This document shows positions 10,260 through 18,487 of a stretch of DNA of 60,059 nt, one piece after another (the first letter of the stretch is position 1; the number at the start of each line of letters is the position of its first letter). The notes beneath the pieces were generated by a model that saw only the letters and a program-made list of their open reading frames with translations, ran no database searches and was not told the origin of the DNA. The stretch is from an uncultured Alphaproteobacteria bacterium (GTDB lineage Bacteria > Pseudomonadota > Alphaproteobacteria > Methylaequorales > Methylaequoraceae). Location of the stretch: contig CACAXP010000004.1 of assembly GCA_902536485.1 (NCBI GenBank), positions 1 to 60,059 on the forward strand, read 5' to 3'. Made by a program: the position numbers and the translations under genes.

Positions 10260-11237
10260 ATGTCTGAACCATCAAGAAAATTATCAACTGAAGAAGTTAA
10301 TGCTTTAATGGATGGACTAAGATCGGGGGATCTAAGTACATCTACTTCATTAAAAGATTCTTCAGCTATTGAATATAAAACTTTTAATTTTGGCTCAGAT
10401 GACTTAACTCTTCTTGGAGACTACTATGCATTAAGGCTAATTAACGAAAGATTTGCAAGGACAGTTAGAAGTGTTTTTCTACCCCTACTTAGAGTTCAAC
10501 CAAGAATAAGTTCTTTCCCACCGGAAGTTAAAACTTTCGAAGAATATAGTTCTGGACTTGACGCTTTTATGAGTATGACTAATAACAGAATCGAAGAATT
10601 ACGAGGTTCAATGTTAACAGTTCTTCCACCAAATTTTGTAAGCCTATGTACCAGTAGTAGATACGGGGGTAAACTTGAAGTTCATGAAAACAGTAGAACT
10701 GAATTCACCTCAACTGAGGACAAGATTATTGAAGTAATTAACAAAGGAATAGGTCAAGTGTTAGAAACATGTTGGAAGGATTTAACACCAATAAAAATAC
10801 AGTTTCATAGCAGAGAACAAAACCCTCAGTTTGCTGCCTTTGTTGAGTCTTCAGATTTAGTTATTGTTTGTTCCTTTGTAATGCAACTTCCAAAAGTAGA
10901 TTCTTTGTCATTTGATATTGTTTATCCTCTTCAAACACTTAAACCGGTTTCATCTTTGTTAAGATCAAGGGTTCAAGCAGACGTTGTTGAGTCCAGTTTG
11001 TCGTGGAGAGATAAGCTAGAAAAAGCCATTCTTGAAATTCCACTCAAAGTAAGTAGTCATCTAGCAAGACCTATTGTATCTATGTCAAAACTACTTAGAA
11101 TGAAAAAAGGTGATGTTATGAATATTAATGTTGATGAACTAGTAGATTTTTTTGTAGATTCTCAAAATTATTTTAAAGGCGAAATGGGTGAGATTAAGGG
11201 AAATGCTTGTGTTAAATTAACAAAACGACTAAATTAA
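10260..11237 (+). CDS. fliM: motor switch protein FliM (Fla1 type)
   Basis: RKLSTEEVNALM, LGDYYALRLINERF, QPRISSFPPEV, YPLQTLKP; closely resembles R. sphaeroides Fla1 FliM as I recall it. ATG 10260 preferred over TTG 10248. Confidence 0.95.
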   Translation: MSEPSRKLSTEEVNALMDGLRSGDLSTSTSLKDSSAIEYKTFNFGSDDLTLLGDYYALRLINERFARTVRSVFLPLLRVQPRISSFPPEVKTFEEYSSGLDAFMSMTNNRIEELRGSMLTVLPPNFVSLCTSSRYGGKLEVHENSRTEFTSTEDKIIEVINKGIGQVLETCWKDLTPIKIQFHSREQNPQFAAFVESSDLVIVCSFVMQLPKVDSLSFDIVYPLQTLKPVSSLLRSRVQADVVESSLSWRDKLEKAILEIPLKVSSHLARPIVSMSKLLRMKKGDVMNINVDELVDFFVDSQNYFKGEMGEIKGNACVKLTKRLN

Positions 11238-11247
11238 GGAGTTAAAA

Positions 11248-11655
11248 ATGAATGCAGAAACTGTAAAGCAAGAAAATCAAGAAGATTTGGTTAAAAAAGA
11301 AGGCCAAGAAGAGGCTGTTGAAAAAAATACAACTGAAGCTGTTGAACAAGAAAAATCTGATGGTAAGCAAAAAGAAGCTGAACAAGGGTCAGCCGCTGTA
11401 AGTAATTTAAGAGTTTTAGAAAATATTGAGGTAAAACTTACGGTTGAGGTTGGGAATACTGAAATTAAAATAAAAGATTTACTTCGTTTAAACGAAGGTT
11501 CAGTTGTAGAACTGGAACGCTTAGCCGGCGAACCTTTGGATATATTAGCAAATGGGACTAAAATAGCTAAAGGTGAAGTTGTAATGGTGGGTGAAAAATT
11601 TGGCATAAGATTTACAGAAGTTGCTGATCCTGAAGAAATGGTTCAGAATCTATAG
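11248..11655 (+). CDS. fliN: motor switch protein FliN
   Basis: LTVEVG...GSVVELERLAGEPLDILANG...GEVV. Confidence 0.97.
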   Translation: MNAETVKQENQEDLVKKEGQEEAVEKNTTEAVEQEKSDGKQKEAEQGSAAVSNLRVLENIEVKLTVEVGNTEIKIKDLLRLNEGSVVELERLAGEPLDILANGTKIAKGEVVMVGEKFGIRFTEVADPEEMVQNL

Positions 11656-11656
11656 C

Positions 11657-11670
11657 GCCATAAAATTGAC
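11657..11670. promoter_or_regulatory. FleQ-type UAS upstream of fliO
   Basis: GCCATAAAATTGAC, one mismatch to GTCA-N6-TGAC; a weaker second copy ATCAATAAATTCAA at 11696-11709. Confidence 0.5.
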
Positions 11671-11734
11671 ACTTGCTAACTAAATATTTTTTTTTATCAA
11701 TAAATTCAATAACTTAAATTTAATTAATTAATTT

Positions 11735-11750
11735 CGGCAATATTCTTGCA
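11735..11750 (+). promoter_or_regulatory. sigma54 promoter of the fliO-flhB operon
   Basis: CGGCAATATTCTTGCA, GG-N10-GC. Confidence 0.8.
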
Positions 11751-11775
11751 TTTAATATCTCAAAGAGAGGTAAAA

Positions 11776-12105
11776 ATGCAAGAATACACTGGACCCGGTT
11801 TATATAATTACTTATTAGTATTAGGTTTCCTTTTAGTAATGTTTATTGGCTTTTACTATTTAAAAAAAAATAAGCATATTATTTCAAAAAAAATTAATTC
11901 AAAAAAAAGAATGACGGTTTCCGAAGTAACGATTCTTGGGCAAGGTGATAGGGCTTTGATTCTCAACCTAGATGATAAAGATTATTTATTTATTTCTGGT
12001 AAAAACTCAGGCGCACTTCTCACTGAAGTAAAATCAAATAATAGTTTAAAAGCAAACAAACTAGAAAAAGTTTTTGAAAAAAGGTTATTGAATGAAAAAG
12101 TTTAG
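11776..12105 (+). CDS. fliO: FliO
   Basis: TM plus LGQGDRALIL domain before fliP; ATG 11776 follows RBS GAGG. Confidence 0.75.
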   Translation: MQEYTGPGLYNYLLVLGFLLVMFIGFYYLKKNKHIISKKINSKKRMTVSEVTILGQGDRALILNLDDKDYLFISGKNSGALLTEVKSNNSLKANKLEKVFEKRLLNEKV

Positions 12106-12832
12106 CTTTTTGTTTATTTTTATTTTGCTTATTCCTATTTTTTCTTTTGCAGAACCAGGTGGGTTAGATGCTTTAACCATCACTGAACTTGCAAATGGTG
12201 ATAAAAAGTATTCTGTTTCTTTGAAAATTCTTGCTCTGATGACAGCCTTAACGGTTTTACCGTCATTAGTTTTAGGTATGACTGCTTTTACTCGAATAAT
12301 AATTGTGATGTCAATATTAAGACAAGCACTTGGAACTCAACAAACACCTCCTAATCAAATTTTAATTGCAATTTCTCTTTTTCTTACATTTTTTGTGATG
12401 GCTCCAACATTTAATAAAATTTATTCAGATGTTTCTGGCCCGTATCAATCAGGGGAAATTGATTTAACCCAAGCGATAGAAAGTGGTGGTGGTGAATTAA
12501 AAAAGTTTATGATCAAAAATACTAGGAAGAATGATTTAGTTATGTTTTCAGATATGGCAAAAGAAGGCGATTTCATAGATTCATCGGAGATACCCTTTTA
12601 TATAATTTTGCCTGCCTACATGACTAGTGAACTAAAAACGGCATTCCAGATTGGTTTTTTACTATTCTTACCTTTTCTTGTTATTGATATGGTGATTGCT
12701 TCAGTTTTAATGTCTCTTGGGATGATGATGCTGTCTCCAATGTTGATTGCTCTTCCTTTTAAACTCTTATTATTCGTTTTAGTAGATGGTTGGGCGATGA
12801 CAGTTGGATCTTTAGTAGGAACATTTTCATAG
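12092..12832 (+). CDS. fliP: FliP
   Basis: MTAFTRIIIV, QQTPPNQ, SELKTAFQIG, LPFKLLLFVLVDGW. Confidence 0.98.
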   Translation: MKKFSFLFIFILLIPIFSFAEPGGLDALTITELANGDKKYSVSLKILALMTALTVLPSLVLGMTAFTRIIIVMSILRQALGTQQTPPNQILIAISLFLTFFVMAPTFNKIYSDVSGPYQSGEIDLTQAIESGGGELKKFMIKNTRKNDLVMFSDMAKEGDFIDSSEIPFYIILPAYMTSELKTAFQIGFLLFLPFLVIDMVIASVLMSLGMMMLSPMLIALPFKLLLFVLVDGWAMTVGSLVGTFS

Positions 12833-12844
12833 AAAGTATTATTA

Positions 12845-13111
12845 ATGGGTTTTGATGAAAATATTGAAATGGTAAGATTGGCTTTTTACCAAGTTTTAAT
12901 TTCAAGTGGGCCGTTTCTAGGAGCAGCTCTTGCAATTGGATTAATAATTGGAATAATTCAAGCTGCAACGTCAATTCAAGAAATGACACTAAGTTTTGTC
13001 CCAAAAATTGTTCTTGTCATTTTAGCAATGGGAATGATGGCAAACTTTTTTTTAGTTAGTCTGACAGATTATTTCCAGTTTATATTTGAAACTATTTCAG
13101 GAATAAAATAA
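12845..13111 (+). CDS. fliQ: FliQ
   Basis: QAATSIQEMTLSFVPK. Confidence 0.97.
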   Translation: MGFDENIEMVRLAFYQVLISSGPFLGAALAIGLIIGIIQAATSIQEMTLSFVPKIVLVILAMGMMANFFLVSLTDYFQFIFETISGIK

Positions 13112-13929
13112 TGTTTATTCCCCTACCCTTTTATTCTCCAATGGAAGCTGTTCCCGGTTTGGAGATTAACACTCTCTTGGACTATTTATTTAAGTTTTTT
13201 TTATCATCTATTAGATTATCAGCTTTTTTAATATCAAGTCCTTTTTTAGGTTCAAGAAATATACCTCTTAACGTAAAAATAGTTTTTTCAATGGTAATTT
13301 CTTTTTTTTATTTTGGTTATATTTCTGACATCGAAATTAATATTAATGAAATTGAAAATTTATTTATAATTGTAATAATCGAAGCAATAATTGGAATTGC
13401 TCTTGGTCTTTCTCTTAGTATTTGGTTTAGTGCCGCTACACTCGCTGGGGAAAAGATGGCTTCCTCAACAGGTTTGGGTTTTTCGATGATGGTTGATCCG
13501 CAAACTGGCGGCCAAACTCCCGTTGTAAGTATGATTCTTGATTTATTCCTTATAACTGTTTTCTTATCTTTAAATGGACACTTAATTGCTATTGATTTCT
13601 TAATAAGAAGCTTTGATATATACGATATAAGTACTGATTTACCTCCTATAGCCTTGGTGAGCCTTGGAATTGAAGCAGCAGGTGCAATGTTTTACACGGG
13701 TGGCTTAATTATGTTACCTGTTGTTGGAGCACTCCTACTGACAAATATAGCGATTGGAGTAATAACAAGGTCATCGCCCCAATTGAATATGTTCTCTTTT
13801 GCATTTCCTGTTACATTACTCTTGGCCTTTTTTGTTCTTTACTTATCGTCAAGAACTATCGGAAATGCATTTGCAGATTTAACCAAAAATTCCCTCGAAT
13901 CAATTGATGTATTATTTTTAGGAAAATAG
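13111..13929 (+). CDS. fliR: FliR
   Basis: Multi-TM; GLGFSMMVDP, RSSPQLNMFSFAFP. Confidence 0.96.
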   Translation: MFIPLPFYSPMEAVPGLEINTLLDYLFKFFLSSIRLSAFLISSPFLGSRNIPLNVKIVFSMVISFFYFGYISDIEININEIENLFIIVIIEAIIGIALGLSLSIWFSAATLAGEKMASSTGLGFSMMVDPQTGGQTPVVSMILDLFLITVFLSLNGHLIAIDFLIRSFDIYDISTDLPPIALVSLGIEAAGAMFYTGGLIMLPVVGALLLTNIAIGVITRSSPQLNMFSFAFPVTLLLAFFVLYLSSRTIGNAFADLTKNSLESIDVLFLGK

Positions 13930-15081
13930 ATGGCTGAAGATAAAGATGAAAGTCAGGAAAAGACCCAGGACCCCACCTCGAGGCGATTAGAAAAAGCAAG
14001 AGAGGATGGTAAAGTAGTTTCTTCAAAGGAAATGTTTGTTTTTACCATACTTTCAGTCGGCGTGATTTTAATGTACATTTTCCCTCCTCTAATTGAAGAT
14101 TTTTTAAAAATTTCAAGTTCATTTTTTAATTTTGGTCCTGAATTACTTCATGGCAGATCTCCTTTAGAATCCATAAAAGAAGCAATTTATTTTTTTCTCA
14201 AAGTAACAATAATTTTCTCTACTCCACTTTTTATAATTTGTGTTTTGACTCAGTTTTTAGTTGGTGGTGGTCTTAATTTCTCATTTAAAGCCATGCATTG
14301 GAAACTTGAAAAAATAAATCCAATTAAAGGGTTAAAAAGGATTTTTTCAATGAAAGGACTTGTTGAATTGGGTAAATCAATTCTAAAAGTTTTATTTTTA
14401 GGTGGTATTTCTTACTTTGTACTAATTCATTATTTACCAGAATTAGTTAATATTAGTGACTCAAATTTATTTTCGGCTGTAAACAGGTTAGTTTCACTAT
14501 TTCCCATTCTTATTATAGGGTTGCTCATTGCATTAGCATTAATAGCTGCGTTAGATTTTGCGTGGCAGAAATATGATTATATTAAATCTTTAAGAATGTC
14601 TCACCAAGACGTCAAAGATGAATATAAAGAAACAGATGGTCAACCTGAGGTCAAACAAAAAATTAGAAAATTACAAATGAATGCAGCTTCAAAAAGCAGA
14701 AAAGAAAGTGCTTCAGTTGACAATCTTAGTGAAGCTACTGCAATAATCACCAACCCAACTCATTTCGCTGTTGCTTTAAAATATGAAGTAGGTGATTCAA
14801 AAGCTCCAGTTGTAATTGCCAAAGGAAGAGGTAAAAATGCAGAGAAAATAATTGAGAAAGCTAAAAAATTAAATATCGGTAATATGCAGAGTCCTAAACT
14901 AGCAAGAGCGATATACTATACATGCGAAATAGGTGACGAAATTTTAAGTAAATTATATAATGCAGTAGCTATTGCATTAGCATATATATATAAATTGGAT
15001 AAAGGTGAAAAAATTGATAAACCAGAAATTGAAATACCAGATGATTTAATCTTTGACGAATTTGGAAATAAAAATGTTTAA
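13930..15081 (+). CDS. flhB: FlhB export switch protein
   Basis: EKTQDPT, NPTH autocleavage site, KETDGQPEVK. Confidence 0.97.
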   Translation: MAEDKDESQEKTQDPTSRRLEKAREDGKVVSSKEMFVFTILSVGVILMYIFPPLIEDFLKISSSFFNFGPELLHGRSPLESIKEAIYFFLKVTIIFSTPLFIICVLTQFLVGGGLNFSFKAMHWKLEKINPIKGLKRIFSMKGLVELGKSILKVLFLGGISYFVLIHYLPELVNISDSNLFSAVNRLVSLFPILIIGLLIALALIAALDFAWQKYDYIKSLRMSHQDVKDEYKETDGQPEVKQKIRKLQMNAASKSRKESASVDNLSEATAIITNPTHFAVALKYEVGDSKAPVVIAKGRGKNAEKIIEKAKKLNIGNMQSPKLARAIYYTCEIGDEILSKLYNAVAIALAYIYKLDKGEKIDKPEIEIPDDLIFDEFGNKNV

Positions 15082-15283
15082 TAGAAATATATCAAAACTT
15101 ATTGTTACCTTTGCCTTTTTTTACAGTGCAGTAATTTGTCATTTAAAAGCAGTAGAATTTTATGAAAAAAAAGATTTATTTTTATCATACTTTTTATGGT
15201 TTTGTGCGTTAACTTCATTTTTGGGAGCTTTACGATTCCAAATTGCAAAATTAGTAGATAAGTTTAAGAGTTTAAAAAAATGA
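15074..15283 (+). CDS. small 2-TM membrane protein
   Basis: Overlaps the flhB stop and the next start (ATGA); two hydrophobic segments. Confidence 0.6.
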   Translation: MFNRNISKLIVTFAFFYSAVICHLKAVEFYEKKDLFLSYFLWFCALTSFLGALRFQIAKLVDKFKSLKK

Positions 15284-15483
15284 GCAATCCAATTTGTAAC
15301 GAATGCCAGCATTTTTACATTACCTATAAACCAAAATTCCCCTATGGTTGTAAGGCCTTTCAAGTTATTTCAAAAAAATTACCATATTTAGAAGTAAAGA
15401 ATATTTCTGGCATAAATTGTGCACTATTTTCAAAAAGAAATAAAAATGTTACTATTAAAGACAAAAAAGGAAGACTTGCATGA
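15280..15483 (+). CDS. small 4-Cys (putative metal-binding) protein
   Basis: CxxC-HFYITY...PYGC...SG-C pattern; ATGA-coupled on both sides. Confidence 0.8.
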   Translation: MSNPICNECQHFYITYKPKFPYGCKAFQVISKKLPYLEVKNISGINCALFSKRNKNVTIKDKKGRLA

Positions 15484-16205
15484 ATCAACAAGTTAACGCA
15501 ATGCAAGAAAGCATAAAGATAGCTTTGGACGCAGCAGACGCTGCGACCGATGTTACATCTGAATATAAAAGAATAAAAAATGAATATCTTAAAGCGGAGC
15601 AAAAGGTGAAAGAAATACACAAATACACGACCATTGTTTTTTCAAGTTCAATTGCGACAGCTATAATCGCCATAATACTGACTGGACTTCTTTATTTTAA
15701 ATCTTTATCTGAATTAGAAGAAATGACTAGTACAAGTAAAGAAGCACTTGTAGTTTTTGCTGAAAATGTTGAAAATGTCAACAAAGCAGTGGACGATATG
15801 AACTCTAGTCTTTCTAAACATACGGACTTAGTTAATGCTAATGAACAAATACAAATTGCCTTGGATAATCTTTCTAATGCAATTAAGTCTAATGATAAAA
15901 ACCTTATGGTTAATTTATCAAAAGAAATTTCAAACCTTTCCAATGGACTTTCTAAATCGATCAAAGAAGAGTCAGGTAAACTCGGAAAATCAATAGCTGA
16001 AAATAATGTAGTTACCTCGGCCAGTTTTAACAAAGAATTTAAAAAATTAATGCAAGAAAGTAAAAAAAATCAAAATACCAAACTTTTAAAAGAACTATCA
16101 AATAGTACATCCTCTTTAAACGCTGCTCTTGAGGCAATCTCAAGCCAAAATAAAATGCTTGTAAAGGAAATAAGAGACCAGAAGGAAAGCATTACTTTCC
16201 CATAG
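15480..16205 (+). CDS. single-TM coiled-coil protein
   Basis: N-terminal helix ALDAADAA, one TM, long heptad-rich C-terminus. Confidence 0.8.
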   Translation: MNQQVNAMQESIKIALDAADAATDVTSEYKRIKNEYLKAEQKVKEIHKYTTIVFSSSIATAIIAIILTGLLYFKSLSELEEMTSTSKEALVVFAENVENVNKAVDDMNSSLSKHTDLVNANEQIQIALDNLSNAIKSNDKNLMVNLSKEISNLSNGLSKSIKEESGKLGKSIAENNVVTSASFNKEFKKLMQESKKNQNTKLLKELSNSTSSLNAALEAISSQNKMLVKEIRDQKESITFP

Positions 16206-16211
16206 AAAAAA

Positions 16212-17009
16212 ATGGCAGAGGCTGAGCAAAAAAATTCCGAGTCTAGTTTTCTAATAAAAGTTGATAAAATTAGAAAAAAGTCATACGCAAATTCTATTTT
16301 TTTAAAACCAGATGATGTAATAGTTGCCTTAAATAATCAGTTCTATATTTATGGAGAAAAAAGATTCATTGAAGAACTGAAAGATCTGAAAAAATCAAAT
16401 AAACGTGCTATTCTTACGATCCTTAGAAACGATATTTTAATTGATATAATTGTAGAAAATAGTCTTGGTTGTGGTTTCATAACAACTGATAGCAATGAAA
16501 CAGAAAAAATAAAAAATCGATTTTCAGAAAAGAACAACTACGATATTGATGAACTCAACGAATACGTTGCCATGAGAGATGTTTACAGAAGATATGATGT
16601 ATACGAAAATAGCAATTCACTATCTGCTGGTCTGTTTCCTCCATTGTGGTTGGCATATTCACGAAAATGGTGGGTTTTATTGGCATTTTCAATATTATTT
16701 TTTATGTTATTTTCTGTGAACTTTTTTCTATTCCTGCTTGGTTGGATTCTAACATCAGTTTATTGTTATAAAGCTCAACTAAACCTTCTATTCAGTTTTT
16801 CAATGCTTGAGGGAAAAGCTTTTAGCCTAAAATTTGCTGCTAAATCTATAGACGAAGCGCACAATCTAATAAGAAATATCGACCCAAAGTCACGCTTTAT
16901 GTATTCGAAGCTAGCTGACCCAATAATAGATGAAGTTCCAAATGAAGATACTAAAAAAAATGAAGAAAATTCAAACATTATTGATGAAAAATCTGAAGCT
17001 TTAGTATAA
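16212..17009 (+). CDS. PDZ-like plus DUF2628-like membrane protein
   Basis: LKPDDVIVALN...LTILRN (PDZ-like); LFPPLWLAYSRKWW followed by TMs (DUF2628-like). Confidence 0.65.
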   Translation: MAEAEQKNSESSFLIKVDKIRKKSYANSIFLKPDDVIVALNNQFYIYGEKRFIEELKDLKKSNKRAILTILRNDILIDIIVENSLGCGFITTDSNETEKIKNRFSEKNNYDIDELNEYVAMRDVYRRYDVYENSNSLSAGLFPPLWLAYSRKWWVLLAFSILFFMLFSVNFFLFLLGWILTSVYCYKAQLNLLFSFSMLEGKAFSLKFAAKSIDEAHNLIRNIDPKSRFMYSKLADPIIDEVPNEDTKKNEENSNIIDEKSEALV

Positions 17010-17040
17010 AGTATACAAGTTAATCTATAGTTTTAAGGAA

Positions 17041-17640
17041 ATGGCAGAGCAATATTCAGTTCAAGCAGAAAATTTAATGAAAACTGCTGTTGAAGAATAC
17101 ATTGATGTACTTAAAGACATCAAAGCTACTGATGCAAATCTAGCTGTTATTAGAAACATCAGAATAAGTGTAAGCGGAAAACCCAGAAGATTAGTTGATG
17201 TGGCCGATCTTAGAAAAACTGATGACCCTCACCTTCTTGAACTCTTGGTTTTCAATACCGAACATATTGAGTTAATAGTAGAAAAAATTGATGAAACAGG
17301 TTTTAGTAATGAAGTGGATGGTCAATTTATTAGAATAAACGTACCTGATCCTTCTTATAAACAATTAATGGAAGTTGTTGATGATTTAAACAGAAAAAAA
17401 AATTCAGCAATGGGAAGATTAACTAAAGCAAAATCAGAAGCTACAAGTAGGGCAAGAACTGCTGTTGAAAATGAATTTATTGCTCAAGGAGTTGCTAGTG
17501 CTGCTTCAAAAAAATGTGAGGAATACTATGAAAATTATGGTAGTCAGATAAATGATTTAACTATGGAAAAAATTGAATCAATTCTTGGTGCAGAATATTT
17601 TGAAAAATATAAGACTGAAGAACTAGATTTTAATATTTAG
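17041..17640 (+). CDS. divergent ribosome recycling factor (RRF)-fold paralog
   Basis: Colinear by eye with RRF over about 180 aa, but RTGRA, YYG, TEERR and RNxRR motifs are lost; RBS AAGGA. Confidence 0.7.
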   Translation: [199 protein letters not shown]

Positions 17641-18479
17641 GCATTAAGGTTAAAAGAGCTTTTTTTACTGCTACTTTCAATTTCCAAATACTTTATTCTA
17701 GAGGATAAAGGTTTATTTTCTAAGATGTTATTTTCATCCTTACCTGGGACCCACTGTGGGTAGGAGAAATTAATTTCCCTAAATTTTTCTTTTCCTTCAA
17801 TTGATATTTCTTTTGCTTTAGATTCTGAAAGATTTTTATTTTTATTGATTTCCTTTAAAATTATGCGATCAGTTTTGTCGACATTTTTATTTCTTATACT
17901 ATCAAATTCTTTGCTTGTTCCGATAATATTAACTTCGGGTGCTTTGGGAATTACATCTAATTTTTCATTAATTCCTACACTTGAAAAAACATTCTTTTGA
18001 CTTTCATTTTTTTGATGAATTCCAGCATATTGAATATGAAGTTTTTTACTATCATTTATGCTTCTATTGTTATTTTTGGCAGTTAGTTCTAATTCTTTAC
18101 CTTCTTCTTTCCATATATCACTGATACCTGTTGCATCTAAAGCTAATTCAGTTGGGGTTTTATCAAATATCTTATTGAAAACCCAATTTCCAAAACCAGC
18201 AATTGCACCAAAAGGCCCTCCATATAAAAACCCTCCTAAACTATTTTGAATCAAATCTCTATCAGATTCATTGTTTTCTGAATTCACACTTGAATAAATC
18301 CCACTAATCAATGGAAGATTTTGTAGAGGATTAACAAGACCTTTAAACCAACTCCAAAATGAAAATTCCTCTTCTATTTCAGAAATTTTGGTAGCTTGAT
18401 TTTTTTCAATTAATTTTTCGGAATTCTCACTACTTAAATCAGTTTTTTTATTATAAAACGGGCTTTTTTCAATAATCAT
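17637..18479 (-). CDS. conserved hypothetical protein (VNPLQxxP...GGxxxGGP family)
   Basis: LVNPLQNLPLISGIY and LGGFLYGGPFGAIAG motifs; starts 8 nt after motB. Confidence 0.75.
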   Translation of the reverse strand: MIIEKSPFYNKKTDLSSENSEKLIEKNQATKISEIEEEFSFWSWFKGLVNPLQNLPLISGIYSSVNSENNESDRDLIQNSLGGFLYGGPFGAIAGFGNWVFNKIFDKTPTELALDATGISDIWKEEGKELELTAKNNNRSINDSKKLHIQYAGIHQKNESQKNVFSSVGINEKLDVIPKAPEVNIIGTSKEFDSIRNKNVDKTDRIILKEINKNKNLSESKAKEISIEGKEKFREINFSYPQWVPGKDENNILENKPLSSRIKYLEIESSSKKSSFNLNA

Positions 18480-18487
18480 ACAAATAA

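Noticed and set aside
2781-15081. Non-flagellar type III secretion system
   Set aside because: FliE, FliG, FliM, FliL, FliK and MotAB are flagellum-specific, and no secretin or needle gene is seen
17041-17640. Calling this gene canonical frr
   Set aside because: The conserved RRF motifs are absent and the context is wrong; reported as a paralog instead
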